Below are positions 8,468-17,710 of a DNA stretch of 64,000 bases, in pieces. The notes beneath the pieces are model-generated. The model did not search any database and was not told where the DNA came from. It worked only from the letters and a program-made list of their open reading frames with translations. A program made the translations under genes and the position numbers. The stretch is taken from positions 8,632-72,631 of the forward strand of contig CAMXWF010000002.1 of the NCBI GenBank assembly GCA_947252645.1. Reading direction: 5' to 3'. Position 1 is the first letter of the stretch. The number at the start of each line of letters is the position of its first letter. This stretch comes from an uncultured Bacteroidia bacterium (GTDB lineage: Bacteria > Bacteroidota > Bacteroidia > Bacteroidales > CAJPTX01).

Positions 8468-9724
8468 CTAGAAATTAATTTGCGGATACATCCTAAAGTA
8501 CTCGCCATCGAGCTGGATAATTTTGCGTACCTCAGGTAAATCTTCGGGTTTTAGGTTGTAGAAGCGCTCTATATCCTTTAGGCATTTTTCAACGCCATCG
8601 TTCATGTTTCCAATCACTCTGAACGGTAGGGGATAGTCGATGTCGAAGCTGTTCCAAGCGGTGGAAATTTCATTGTAGCCATGCGCTTCTCCGTAGGAGT
8701 TGTATTTTCCCCCTTCGGTGAGCACATGGCAAATGCACACGCGCATCTGGAACGCCATTTCAGGGTGCTTAAAGGTGATGATGCCCTTAAACCCGAGTGC
8801 GTCGTAGGGGTCGCTTTCATCGAGGCTTCGGTTTTTTCGTAGCCTTACCACAGCCTGCCCAGCTCGCTGCCGCCCCAATTCGTCAAGCCCATCCACCGGT
8901 TTTCCCAACTCCTTTTCGATGGGGTCTGTATCGCGGTACTCGTAGGAGAACACCTTCTCCACATCCTGATTGAGGATCTGAATGCCCCTAGTTTTACAAA
9001 GCTTGTATGTTTTGCCTTCGAAGGTTTGCGGCTTAGTGGCCTCGATGGACATCGCATTCTTCACCGCTAATTCTGCCAGCTTACTGCTGTAGCGCAGTGT
9101 ATTTGGTACGTGGTCTTCGGGCACATAGATAGCGGTTGAGGCGCCGTTAGTCAACGGCTGGGGGGCACCACCGGCGAATGTGAATTCATCGTAGTAGAGG
9201 CTATCGTACGGTGTCATGGGGTAGGTGCCCTGTTGGCCAGAGAGTGCATATGACTGCAAGGAGAAGAAATGCTGGTGGACGGTTAAGGTGGAGCCCTCAA
9301 TATCCTTGGGGTCGTAGCGTCCGAACTGGTGGTTGATGAGTTGATTGTTCACATCGTAGTAGCGCAGCTCGAGGGCGTATTGGAAGTCAGGGCTGAGGAT
9401 GACATCGAAGTGCTTGCGTTTCGAGACGATCGTGACTTTCCCCTCGTCGTCTTTTGCCAGCTCAAGCTCCTGGTAGATAATAGGGCAGGGGAGCACTTTC
9501 GAGGTGATGTCGTAGGCACTATAGGTTTCCCCTTCGCCATTCTTTACGGCTATGCGCAGTATGGCCTGCACGCTGTATATTTGCTCGTGGCCCTTAACGA
9601 CGCGCTCTATCGTTGCCTCTGGGGCCTTCACAATTGACCCTAGCACGTAGGCGAGCTTGTCATCGTTGCAGCTGGGCATTGCGAAGGTGAGAGCAGCCAG
9701 GTATAACCAGTATTTAGCTTTCAT
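8468..9724 (-). CDS. Uncharacterised lipoprotein, probably surface-exposed
   Basis: 418-aa ORF with a signal and lipobox (LAALTFAMPSC). The Cys is followed by acidic NDDK, which resembles the Bacteroidota lipoprotein export signal. Its start is 7 nt downstream of the TonB-receptor stop. Confidence 0.8.
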   Translation of the reverse strand: MKAKYWLYLAALTFAMPSCNDDKLAYVLGSIVKAPEATIERVVKGHEQIYSVQAILRIAVKNGEGETYSAYDITSKVLPCPIIYQELELAKDDEGKVTIVSKRKHFDVILSPDFQYALELRYYDVNNQLINHQFGRYDPKDIEGSTLTVHQHFFSLQSYALSGQQGTYPMTPYDSLYYDEFTFAGGAPQPLTNGASTAIYVPEDHVPNTLRYSSKLAELAVKNAMSIEATKPQTFEGKTYKLCKTRGIQILNQDVEKVFSYEYRDTDPIEKELGKPVDGLDELGRQRAGQAVVRLRKNRSLDESDPYDALGFKGIITFKHPEMAFQMRVCICHVLTEGGKYNSYGEAHGYNEISTAWNSFDIDYPLPFRVIGNMNDGVEKCLKDIERFYNLKPEDLPEVRKIIQLDGEYFRMYPQINF

Positions 9725-9731
9725 CGTCTTG

Positions 9732-12101
9732 CTAGAATTTCAGTATTGTACGAAACGTGACCTGGGCCCCGCGCGCATGGGCGTAGTACCTGAACCGGTC
9801 AGTGTACTCTTTGTAGAGAGCGTTGAGGATATTCTCTCCCATCACGATGAACGTCAGCGAGCGGTTGCCCACAAAGTCCCATGTCACCTCTGCCGAAGCG
9901 TGCAGGAGGAAGTAGGCATCGGGTGACTCGGGCACTAGGTCCTTTGAGGGGTCGAAGCGGCGCTGTTTGGTTACATAGCTGCTTTCCAGCGCGAATGCAG
10001 AGTGCCACTGCATTTTTTTACCCCACGAGATCTGATAGTTTGCCCCCAGTCTGTAGCGATCCGAAGGCATGAAGGGCATCCAGTTGCCTTTGGATAGGTT
10101 TTTTGCGTTTATCCATTCGCCGGTAAACTTTATGGAGAGCCCTTCGTAGGGGATGCCGGTAATGGCGATGTCGCCACCAAAGAACCGTGCGTTGTCCTGG
10201 CCGTAGATAAACTTTGGGAACTTGCCCGAGGGGTGGTTGTGGAAACGGTTTTTCCCCTCGCCTATATTATCGTAGATAAAATTGCCGATGTACTGGAAGA
10301 ACATGCTTGGCTCGACCACTATCCACGCGTTGTGGTACTTTGCCCCGAGGACTGCCTTATAGCCCATTTCCGACTTAAGGTTCGGGTTACCCACCACCCA
10401 ATAGGTGCCGTGGTGTAGCCCGGTGGCGTACATTTCATTGACATCCGGCGGGCGCCATGACCACCCTATGTTTACCCTCGCCTCTATGTTTTTCGTTATC
10501 TGGTAGTAGGTAGCCAGCATGCCCGTGAAATTCCGGTAGAGCCTAAAGCCTCCGTAGTACGTGGCATTTGACGATATCGAGGAATACCCATTTACGTCCA
10601 TGGCTCGCAGGTCGTAGCGCATGCCCAGGGAGCACTGCACTGGGCCGAATTTTATTTTATGGAATCCAAAGATCCCCATCGTAAGTGCTGCGTAGTTGGG
10701 TATGAAAGCGGGGGTTTTAGTGCCGGGCACGTTGTAGTTGTACTGATACATGCCAGAGAGTCCCAGCTGCGACTCCATGCCAAGCAGGCCCCACTTGCCA
10801 TTCCACACGAGTTCTCCCGTCACGGAGGAGAGCTGTAGATCTTGCACGGGGAGCAGGCTGTACTTTGCCTGCTTGCGGTTTTCGAACTCCTGTCGTAGGT
10901 TCTCTTGGTAGGCCAGGGAAAGGTCGAGCGTGTGGTCGTTGGTCAATCGGAACTTAAAATCTGCCTTCCCCATGATGTGCTGCGTTTGCTGGAATGGGGG
11001 GATAATCTTGTAGCTAAAGGGTTGAATGGTATTTTCATCGGGCCTCCCAGCTAGGAAGCGCATCATTAGCTGATCGACATCGGAGACTTTGCTTGCGTAG
11101 TAAATCCCGCTCCGCGATGTGTAGATACTCCCATAGAGGGTTGCGGTCAGCCATTTGTAGCGCACGCCGGTCAGCACCGACATGCTGATATTTTTGAATC
11201 CGGTGTTGTTGAGCACATACTGCGCCGTGCGGTAATCGCCTGCCTGCTGGTACATGCCGTGCACGCGCAGCCCTACGGCCTTCCAGCCCAACTCGACCAT
11301 ACCCGTGCCGTTGTAGCCCCGGTCGTTGGTCGTGTAGCCTAGGTTCACCGAGCCGTTTACCTTGAGCTTATCATGGCCATACGGCAGCGGAGCCTGCGAG
11401 AAGATCACCACGCCTCCGATGGCGCCATAGCCGTATCGCACGGCCTCTGCACCCTTGACCACCTCAACCACATTGGAGCCCGTGTGGTCGATTTCTGGAG
11501 CGTGATCCTCCCCCCAGGACTGGCTCTCCAGCTTCACCCCGTTGTTAATCATCAGGATACGGCTGCTATGCATCCCCTGGATAACCGGTTTGTAAATTGT
11601 GCCGCCCGTGCTGATGGTACTGACGCCGGGAATCTGTTCGAGCATCTGCCCTAACGACTTCGAAGAGTTCCTTTCTATCACTTTGGCCGTAATTGCGGCT
11701 GCCTGCTGTAGCTTAGAGGTGGCGCGCTGTTGCGCTGTTACCCTCACCTCCTCTACATCGAAGCTTGTAGGGGTTATCTTCACCAAGATTCTCCAGTCCT
11801 TCGTGGTGGAAAATGTGGCTTCATTCACCTCGTCATAGCCTAACACCTTCACCGTTAGCTTAACGGTTGGGCCATCGTAGGGTACCTCGCACATCCCGTT
11901 ACCATCCGTGAGGTACCACTTCTCCGCCACCTTTATCGTGGCCGCCACGACCGGTGCGCCCGTTTCCGCATCCACTACCAGGACTGGTATCTTTTTTACG
12001 CCCTGCGCTTTTGCTTTAGGGATGCCAACAAATGCTACGATGCAGGTGCAAAGGCACACCACAAGCAAAAAGAACCTGCTTCCTTTCATTCGACCACGCA
12101 A
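9732..12101 (-). CDS. TonB-dependent outer-membrane receptor with an N-terminal carboxypeptidase-regulatory-like domain
   Basis: 789-aa ORF with a signal peptide. It has an N-terminal CarboxypepD_reg-like segment (IPVLVVDAETGAPVVAATIKV...GNGMCEV), a plug region (VEEVRVTA...SLGQMLEQIPGV) and a beta-barrel ending in an aromatic residue (FRTILKF). Confidence 0.9.
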   Translation of the reverse strand: MRGRMKGSRFFLLVVCLCTCIVAFVGIPKAKAQGVKKIPVLVVDAETGAPVVAATIKVAEKWYLTDGNGMCEVPYDGPTVKLTVKVLGYDEVNEATFSTTKDWRILVKITPTSFDVEEVRVTAQQRATSKLQQAAAITAKVIERNSSKSLGQMLEQIPGVSTISTGGTIYKPVIQGMHSSRILMINNGVKLESQSWGEDHAPEIDHTGSNVVEVVKGAEAVRYGYGAIGGVVIFSQAPLPYGHDKLKVNGSVNLGYTTNDRGYNGTGMVELGWKAVGLRVHGMYQQAGDYRTAQYVLNNTGFKNISMSVLTGVRYKWLTATLYGSIYTSRSGIYYASKVSDVDQLMMRFLAGRPDENTIQPFSYKIIPPFQQTQHIMGKADFKFRLTNDHTLDLSLAYQENLRQEFENRKQAKYSLLPVQDLQLSSVTGELVWNGKWGLLGMESQLGLSGMYQYNYNVPGTKTPAFIPNYAALTMGIFGFHKIKFGPVQCSLGMRYDLRAMDVNGYSSISSNATYYGGFRLYRNFTGMLATYYQITKNIEARVNIGWSWRPPDVNEMYATGLHHGTYWVVGNPNLKSEMGYKAVLGAKYHNAWIVVEPSMFFQYIGNFIYDNIGEGKNRFHNHPSGKFPKFIYGQDNARFFGGDIAITGIPYEGLSIKFTGEWINAKNLSKGNWMPFMPSDRYRLGANYQISWGKKMQWHSAFALESSYVTKQRRFDPSKDLVPESPDAYFLLHASAEVTWDFVGNRSLTFIVMGENILNALYKEYTDRFRYYAHARGAQVTFRTILKF

Positions 12102-12366
12102 TTGTTTGATGTTGATAAGCCAGTTTTACGGCCAGGTATCTTAATTGCTTCGGCTTGATTTAGACAGAGTACGGTCAAGACGAACGCTGGCGCGAAATAA
12201 GGTATCCTGACCGTCAATTCCAAATTTCCGTAAAAACTAGGCCATCTTCTGAAGTCTATTCAGTCCGCGCAGCAATTGCCCATCGCCTAGCAGGGCATCT
12301 CCATGATGTCGGAAATTTGCAATCTGCGGGGAAATCGTGTTTCAGGATTTTCCAAAGAAATAGTGC

Positions 12367-12374
12367 TAACTTTG
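12367..12374 (+). promoter_or_regulatory. Candidate -7 promoter box (TAacTTTG) upstream of the UbiD-family gene
   Basis: The sequence taactttg matches TAnnTTTG only 7 nt before the annotated ATG at 12382. This implies either a near-leaderless mRNA or a downstream true start such as the GTG of KVLG. Confidence 0.3.
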
Positions 12375-12381
12375 GGCTAGT

Positions 12382-14259
12382 ATGCGAGGGAGTAGGTGTA
12401 AGGTGCTAGGGTTGCGCAGCTACCTCGATGCCTTGGCCCGCGATGGGCTTTTGACAACGGTAGCGTATCCCTGTAGCCCGAATCTAGAGATAGGGGAGAT
12501 AGCCCACAGGGTACTGGGTGCTGTAGGTAGCCCGCATGCGTTGCTTTTTTCGAATCCTAGGGGTTACCAGTTTCCTGTAGCTATCAACCTCTATGCGTCT
12601 TCAGCGCAGATGCTTTCAGTGCTGCGCGGGTCGGGCTACAGCGAGCTTTCGCGGCGAGTGGATGGTTTCATCATGTCGTTGCTCTCCATGCCACACGACA
12701 AGGCGGGCAAGCTGCGCCAGTTGCGTTCGCTTCGGGGCGTGGCCTCCATTCTCCCTAGGGTATACAGGGGGCATGCGCCCAGCCAGCAGGAGTCGTTGGG
12801 CCCTGAGCTCTTGGACTTACTGCCGGCGCTGCAATGCTGGCCAGCCGATGGGGGCCGTTTTCTGACGCTGCCCATGGTCATCACGGAAGATCCAGAGACC
12901 CACGTGCGCAACGTGGGAATGTACCGTGCGCAGCTACTTTCCCGTGATCGGTTAGCTTTGCATTGGCATGTGCACAAGACGGGCGCGCGCCATTTCCGGG
13001 CCTACGCAGCGCAGGGAAAGCGTATGCCCGTGGCCATAGCGCTGGGGGGCGACCCCCTGCTGGCCTACTGCGCCACCGCACCTCTCCCCGAGGGGATAGA
13101 TGAGTGGCTTCTGGCGGGTTTTTTGCGCCAGGCGCCTGTGCGGCTGGTGCGGGCCAAGACGGTGCCGTTGATGGTGCCCGCAGAGGCCGACTTCATCATA
13201 GAGGGCTATGTGGATCCGAAGGAGCCACCTGTGCTTGAGGGCCCTTTTGGTGACCATACGGGCTTTTACTCCCTGCCGGATTACTACCCGAGTATGCGGG
13301 TGACGACCATCACGCATCGTGCGGATGCCGTGTACCCGGCGACTATTGTGGGTGTGCCACCCATGGAGGATGCGGAGATTGCCGAGGCGACGGCGAGCAT
13401 TTTCAAGGTGGCCATTGCGCGCACGGTGGCCCCAGAGCTGGTGGATTTTGCGTTGCCCAGCGCAGGCTGTAGCCATAACTTGGCCATTGTGGCTGTGAGG
13501 ACGGAGTACCCCGGGCAGGCGGAGCGACTGGCCAATCTGCTTTGGTCGTTTGGGCAGTTGATGTTTACCAAGTTCGTGGTGGTGGTGGATGCCGATGTGG
13601 ATCCCCACGATGCCCATGCAGTGCTGCGTGCGGTGGCCTCCAATGTGCGCAATGTGGCCCAGTTTTATTTCGGCCAGGGGCCTTTGGATGTGCTGGAGCA
13701 TGCTTCGCTGAAAGCCTGTGAGGGGGGGAAGCTCATGCTGGATGCTCGTCGCGGTGCGCACCAGTCGGTGGTGGAGGCCTCGGTGAGCTTGCGGCCTATC
13801 GACGAGACCGAGGCGCACGTGGCTGGGCTCGATGTGTGGGTAGGCGAAAGGCTGCTAGCACGCTTTGCGCGGGCACAGTCGGGCGGCCAGTCGGCCAGGG
13901 CGGTCTACGGGCTGGGGGGCGTTCAGGAGCATCCGTTACTCTTCGTGGTGGTGGATCAGGACATTTCCTTGGATTCGCCCTATTTGCTCTTGTGGTATTC
14001 GCTGGCCGGTGTTGCGCCCGAGGTGGATTGCGAGTTGCTCCACGAGGGTGAGGCATTCTGCCTGCTTGTGGATGCTCGGATGAAGGTTGGCCGCTTGGGT
14101 CGTCGCCCGTGGCCCAACGTGGTGGCCAGCGATAGGGCAACGGTAGAGCGGGTGGACGACATCTTCCCGCAGCTCAACTTGGGATCTTTTCTGGATTCGC
14201 CTTCCCGTACGCTGCAAGCCTATCAGCGGGGGCAGGAGGCCTTGGCTAAAGTGGATTGA
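12382..14259 (+). CDS. UbiD-family (prenyl-FMN-dependent) decarboxylase, menaquinone/ubiquinone-type
   Basis: 625-aa ORF with UbiD-like blocks: LEIGEIAHRVL, GGRFLTLPMVITEDPETHVRNVGMYRAQLL, ALHWHVHKTGARHF and FGDHTGFYS. Confidence 0.85.
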   Translation: MRGSRCKVLGLRSYLDALARDGLLTTVAYPCSPNLEIGEIAHRVLGAVGSPHALLFSNPRGYQFPVAINLYASSAQMLSVLRGSGYSELSRRVDGFIMSLLSMPHDKAGKLRQLRSLRGVASILPRVYRGHAPSQQESLGPELLDLLPALQCWPADGGRFLTLPMVITEDPETHVRNVGMYRAQLLSRDRLALHWHVHKTGARHFRAYAAQGKRMPVAIALGGDPLLAYCATAPLPEGIDEWLLAGFLRQAPVRLVRAKTVPLMVPAEADFIIEGYVDPKEPPVLEGPFGDHTGFYSLPDYYPSMRVTTITHRADAVYPATIVGVPPMEDAEIAEATASIFKVAIARTVAPELVDFALPSAGCSHNLAIVAVRTEYPGQAERLANLLWSFGQLMFTKFVVVVDADVDPHDAHAVLRAVASNVRNVAQFYFGQGPLDVLEHASLKACEGGKLMLDARRGAHQSVVEASVSLRPIDETEAHVAGLDVWVGERLLARFARAQSGGQSARAVYGLGGVQEHPLLFVVVDQDISLDSPYLLLWYSLAGVAPEVDCELLHEGEAFCLLVDARMKVGRLGRRPWPNVVASDRATVERVDDIFPQLNLGSFLDSPSRTLQAYQRGQEALAKVD

Positions 14260-14271
14260 ATGGGCTAGGGT

Positions 14272-17200
14272 ATGGTTCAATCTACTGGGAGGCTCGTGGG
14301 CGTAGCGGGGCTACTCGTACTGCTGCTTTTGCCCTGTGCGGGTGAGGCGCGCACGGCAGCGGATCGGGACACTGCCATACGGCTAGATTATTACGATTTG
14401 ACCGATCAGCTCCCCGGCGGGGAGAGCCTCTGCATTCTAGAGGACAGCATAGGGATGATGTGGATCGGCACGCGTTCGGGGCTGGTGCGCTACGACGCGG
14501 AGGAGTTCCACGTGTACTACCCTTCCCCGGAGGATTCGACGGCCATGGCGGAGGCCATGGTGATGGCCATTTGCGAGCGGCGGTTCGGGGAGATATGGGT
14601 GGTGAATCCGGGCAACGTGGCTTGCCTGAACACGCATACGGGCAAGTTTAAGAACTACCCGATGCCCGACACCCTTGAGCAGTACCGTAGTCTCTATGTG
14701 AGCTGGGGAATGGTGGTGGATCGGCAGGGCGAGCTGTGGGTGTTTGGGGAACACTGCGTGGGCCGTTACGACCAGGGGCAGGACAGGTTTGAATTCCGGC
14801 CGCATGAGTTGGGGCATCCTGGGGTGTCGGCGGTGTACCAGATCGAGCCGCAGCTGGGGCAGGGGGATGGCGTGTGGGTAAACATCAATGGGTCGCTCTA
14901 CCTTTTCCACACGAGCAGTTGGACCTTCGATCCCTTGCCTCAGATGGTCCCCCAGCTTGGGTTGACCAACGCGACACGGGTCAAGAGCCTTAGCATGGAG
15001 TCCAACGGCTCGCTGTGGATCTCTGCGGGGCAGGGGCTATTTCTCCGCCGCCCCACGAGCGATACGCTCCAGCCCATCCCCCTGCCTACCGTGGGGACGG
15101 GAGGCAAGCGGGTAAGCCCCGTGGCTGTGAGGGTAGACGGTGAGGGAAGCATTTGGTGTGCCATGAATGTGGGCCTGGGGCGTTTTTCCCTGTCCGATTC
15201 CACTTGGATGCTGGCCAACAAGTTCTACGGTGGGCGAGATTTACGGATGAACGATACGCTCACGCTATGCGTTTCGCGCGGGGGAGACTTGTGGATTCCT
15301 ATCCGCAACGGCCTGGGGCGAATGGGCTATCGCCCAAGGTACTTTCAGGAGCTGGCCTACGCGGCCAATGGCGACTATTTTTTCAATGGTATGCGCACGT
15401 CGTCGCTACTAACTCGCGACGATAGCATCCTCTGGGTGGGGAGCTGGGATAGGGGGATCACGCGCTTCAATCTCTACACTGGGGCGCGGACGTTTTACGG
15501 ACTTGATGTCCCTTCGCATCCCTTGCCGTCGAAGGAGGTGTATCGGTTGGCATTCCTCCACGATAGCACCATGGTAGCCTCCCTCCAGGGACATTTCTAC
15601 TACTACGACCCTGCTCGGGATCAATGGAAGGACTACTTCGTTTCCCAGGGGCTTCCAGGGGTGTCCCGGCAGCTCAAGAAGCTGTTCCTGTTGACTTTTT
15701 ACCAGCAGTCCAACGGGGACATATGGTTTGGTACATCGGTGGGCCTGTACCATTATAGCGACTCCGCACGCCAGTTGTCTGCTGTGACGGGGCTAGGCCA
15801 CGTGCAGATATTTTCTGTGACCGATGATGGTCGGGGCACGCTATGGCTTGGATCTAACTACGGCATCTACTCCTATCATCCTGGCCGCAATGAGCTGTTG
15901 CACTTTCCAATTTCTGGCCGCGATACGCTGACCTCCCAGGCCTATTCCTACATTGCGGCTTGTAGCCAACGTGGGGCCAGCGGTATCGTGTGGTTTGGCA
16001 CCAACGTGGGGCTCTACGCTCTGCCCCCCGGGGCTAGGCGGCCGCAGCTGGTGCGTGAGCGGATCAACCAGCACAGTAATCAGATCTACTCCCTGCAGGA
16101 GGATCGGCTTGGGATGCTTTGGTTAGGCACGGAGTGCGGCCTGGCGGTTTACGACCCCCTGGTCGACTCGCTGGTGCTGTTCGATGCCCACGATGGACTG
16201 GTGGCTCAGGATTACAGTCTCAATGCCTACTGCCGCTCCCCCAATGGGCACATGTATTTTGGCGGTCTCGATGGAGTGGTACATTTCGACGGGACGCAGC
16301 TCCACCCAGCCCCGCCGAAGCCGCTTGTTATGGTGCATGAATGCTTTGGCCTGAGCGAAGGCCCAGCCGAGCTAATCCCCCTGCGCAGCGACAATCTTCT
16401 GGAAGTAGAGGCTAAGTACAGCACAGTGACTCTTTCCTTGGCGATGCTCCGCTTTGACCGGAGGGCCAGGCCAGTCTACGAGTATAGGGTACCCGGGATC
16501 GCCGATCAATGGATGCCGGTGTTCTCGGGGCATCTTGTGACGCTGGGAGGGCTGCCGGAGGGGATGTTTACCTTTGAGTATCGCTGCCCGGTGGGGCAAG
16601 GGAGCTATGCCTACGGCACGCCGCTCAAGATAGTGATCCGGAAGCCGCTTTTGGTCAGTAGGGGGGCGAAGGTCATCTACTTGTTGCTGGGGTTGCTGGC
16701 GGTCTCCATCTACGCAGTGAGCCGCTGGATTGCCTACCATGAGCTCAAGGAGGCGGTGACGGTGAAGGAGCAAGCTGTGCAGGAGGCCACGCGCCAGAAG
16801 TGGCTTGTGGAGGAACGCAACCAGGAGCTGCGCTCCTCTCTGCAATATGCCTATCTGATGCAGAAGCAGCTGGTGGCTGGCCCGGCGGTCCTCGCCAACT
16901 ACCTCCAGGATTACTTCTTGCTTTTTCGCCCGCGCGACATCGTGGGGGGCGATTTTTGCTGGGCAGCACGCCATGCACAGACCATCCTGCTAGCCGTGGT
17001 GGACTGCACCGGCCACGGGGCCCCGGCGGCTATGATGTCGGTCATGGCCACTATATTCTTGGATAGGATAGTCAACCAACTGCATGAGTACAGCCCCAAG
17101 GCCATCCTCGCCGTCCTCAATACGATGATTTTGGAACAGTGGAGGCGGGATGCCCAGGGCGATCTCTACAACGATGGTCTTGACATCACCCTCTGTGCTA

Positions 17201-17577
17201 TCCATACCGACACCCAACGGGTGACCGTAGCTGGGGCTTTCCAGAAGCTCTACCACATAGGGGCCGCAGGCGTGCGCACCTATTCTGGGGATAGGATTTT
17301 CACCGGGGGCACCCCGCACGCCGTTTACCGGGAGGAGAGCTTTATCTACGCGCCCGACGACATGCTCTACCTCCTGAGCGATGGCTTTGCTGACCAGTTT
17401 GGGGGCAATTCGCACAAGCGCTATGGGGCAGACAACTTGCAGCAGTTGCTCCTAACGGTCTCGGTGCTGCCCACGGCGCAGCAGCTCAAGCAGCTGGAGA
17501 CCACGCTCAGCAGCTGGCAGGCTGGGGGAGCGCAAGTCGATGACATTACCGTGCTTGGAGTGCGGTGTAGGTTCTAG
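14272..17577 (+). CDS. Periplasmic beta-propeller / Y_Y_Y sensor fused to a cytoplasmic SpoIIE (PP2C-type) phosphatase
   Basis: 1101-aa ORF with a signal peptide. It has many Reg_prop-like blades (MWIGTRSGLVRYD, LWVFGEHCVGRYD, IWFGTSVGLYHYS, LWLGSNYGIYSY, VWFGTNVGLYAL, LWLGTECGLAVYD) and a Y_Y_Y region (YEYRVPG...FTFEYRC). A TM helix (VIYLLLGLLAVSIYAV) and a coiled coil follow. SpoIIE motifs are GGDFCW, DCTGHGAPAAMMS, DGFADQFGG and DDITVLGVR. Confidence 0.9.
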   Translation: MVQSTGRLVGVAGLLVLLLLPCAGEARTAADRDTAIRLDYYDLTDQLPGGESLCILEDSIGMMWIGTRSGLVRYDAEEFHVYYPSPEDSTAMAEAMVMAICERRFGEIWVVNPGNVACLNTHTGKFKNYPMPDTLEQYRSLYVSWGMVVDRQGELWVFGEHCVGRYDQGQDRFEFRPHELGHPGVSAVYQIEPQLGQGDGVWVNINGSLYLFHTSSWTFDPLPQMVPQLGLTNATRVKSLSMESNGSLWISAGQGLFLRRPTSDTLQPIPLPTVGTGGKRVSPVAVRVDGEGSIWCAMNVGLGRFSLSDSTWMLANKFYGGRDLRMNDTLTLCVSRGGDLWIPIRNGLGRMGYRPRYFQELAYAANGDYFFNGMRTSSLLTRDDSILWVGSWDRGITRFNLYTGARTFYGLDVPSHPLPSKEVYRLAFLHDSTMVASLQGHFYYYDPARDQWKDYFVSQGLPGVSRQLKKLFLLTFYQQSNGDIWFGTSVGLYHYSDSARQLSAVTGLGHVQIFSVTDDGRGTLWLGSNYGIYSYHPGRNELLHFPISGRDTLTSQAYSYIAACSQRGASGIVWFGTNVGLYALPPGARRPQLVRERINQHSNQIYSLQEDRLGMLWLGTECGLAVYDPLVDSLVLFDAHDGLVAQDYSLNAYCRSPNGHMYFGGLDGVVHFDGTQLHPAPPKPLVMVHECFGLSEGPAELIPLRSDNLLEVEAKYSTVTLSLAMLRFDRRARPVYEYRVPGIADQWMPVFSGHLVTLGGLPEGMFTFEYRCPVGQGSYAYGTPLKIVIRKPLLVSRGAKVIYLLLGLLAVSIYAVSRWIAYHELKEAVTVKEQAVQEATRQKWLVEERNQELRSSLQYAYLMQKQLVAGPAVLANYLQDYFLLFRPRDIVGGDFCWAARHAQTILLAVVDCTGHGAPAAMMSVMATIFLDRIVNQLHEYSPKAILAVLNTMILEQWRRDAQGDLYNDGLDITLCAIHTDTQRVTVAGAFQKLYHIGAAGVRTYSGDRIFTGGTPHAVYREESFIYAPDDMLYLLSDGFADQFGGNSHKRYGADNLQQLLLTVSVLPTAQQLKQLETTLSSWQAGGAQVDDITVLGVRCRF

Positions 17578-17710
17578 GTGGGCGGCGGCACATGGGGCGC
17601 ATTCCGCTGTTCCTTTACGCCTTTCGCACGTGGTCTCAAGGCAACCAATAAATAGCTACCTTCGCGTTAGGTGATGCAGTTTGTGCATCTTATGGGGCAG
17701 GGGCGAAGCC

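Noticed and set aside
12102-12381. Possible cobalamin riboswitch upstream of the TonB-dependent receptor (minus-strand ggaaaatcc resembles the GGTGAAAATCC core)
   Set aside because: No B12 box (GCCACTG-like) and no surrounding conserved helices could be found by eye, so the resemblance is a single short string. An Infernal scan with the Cobalamin model would settle it.
12952-13818. 288-aa ORF antisense to the UbiD-family gene, with several shorter ones in 12593-14280
   Set aside because: It is embedded in a gene with clear UbiD blocks. The products are His/Arg/Pro-rich and low in complexity. These are GC-driven shadow ORFs.
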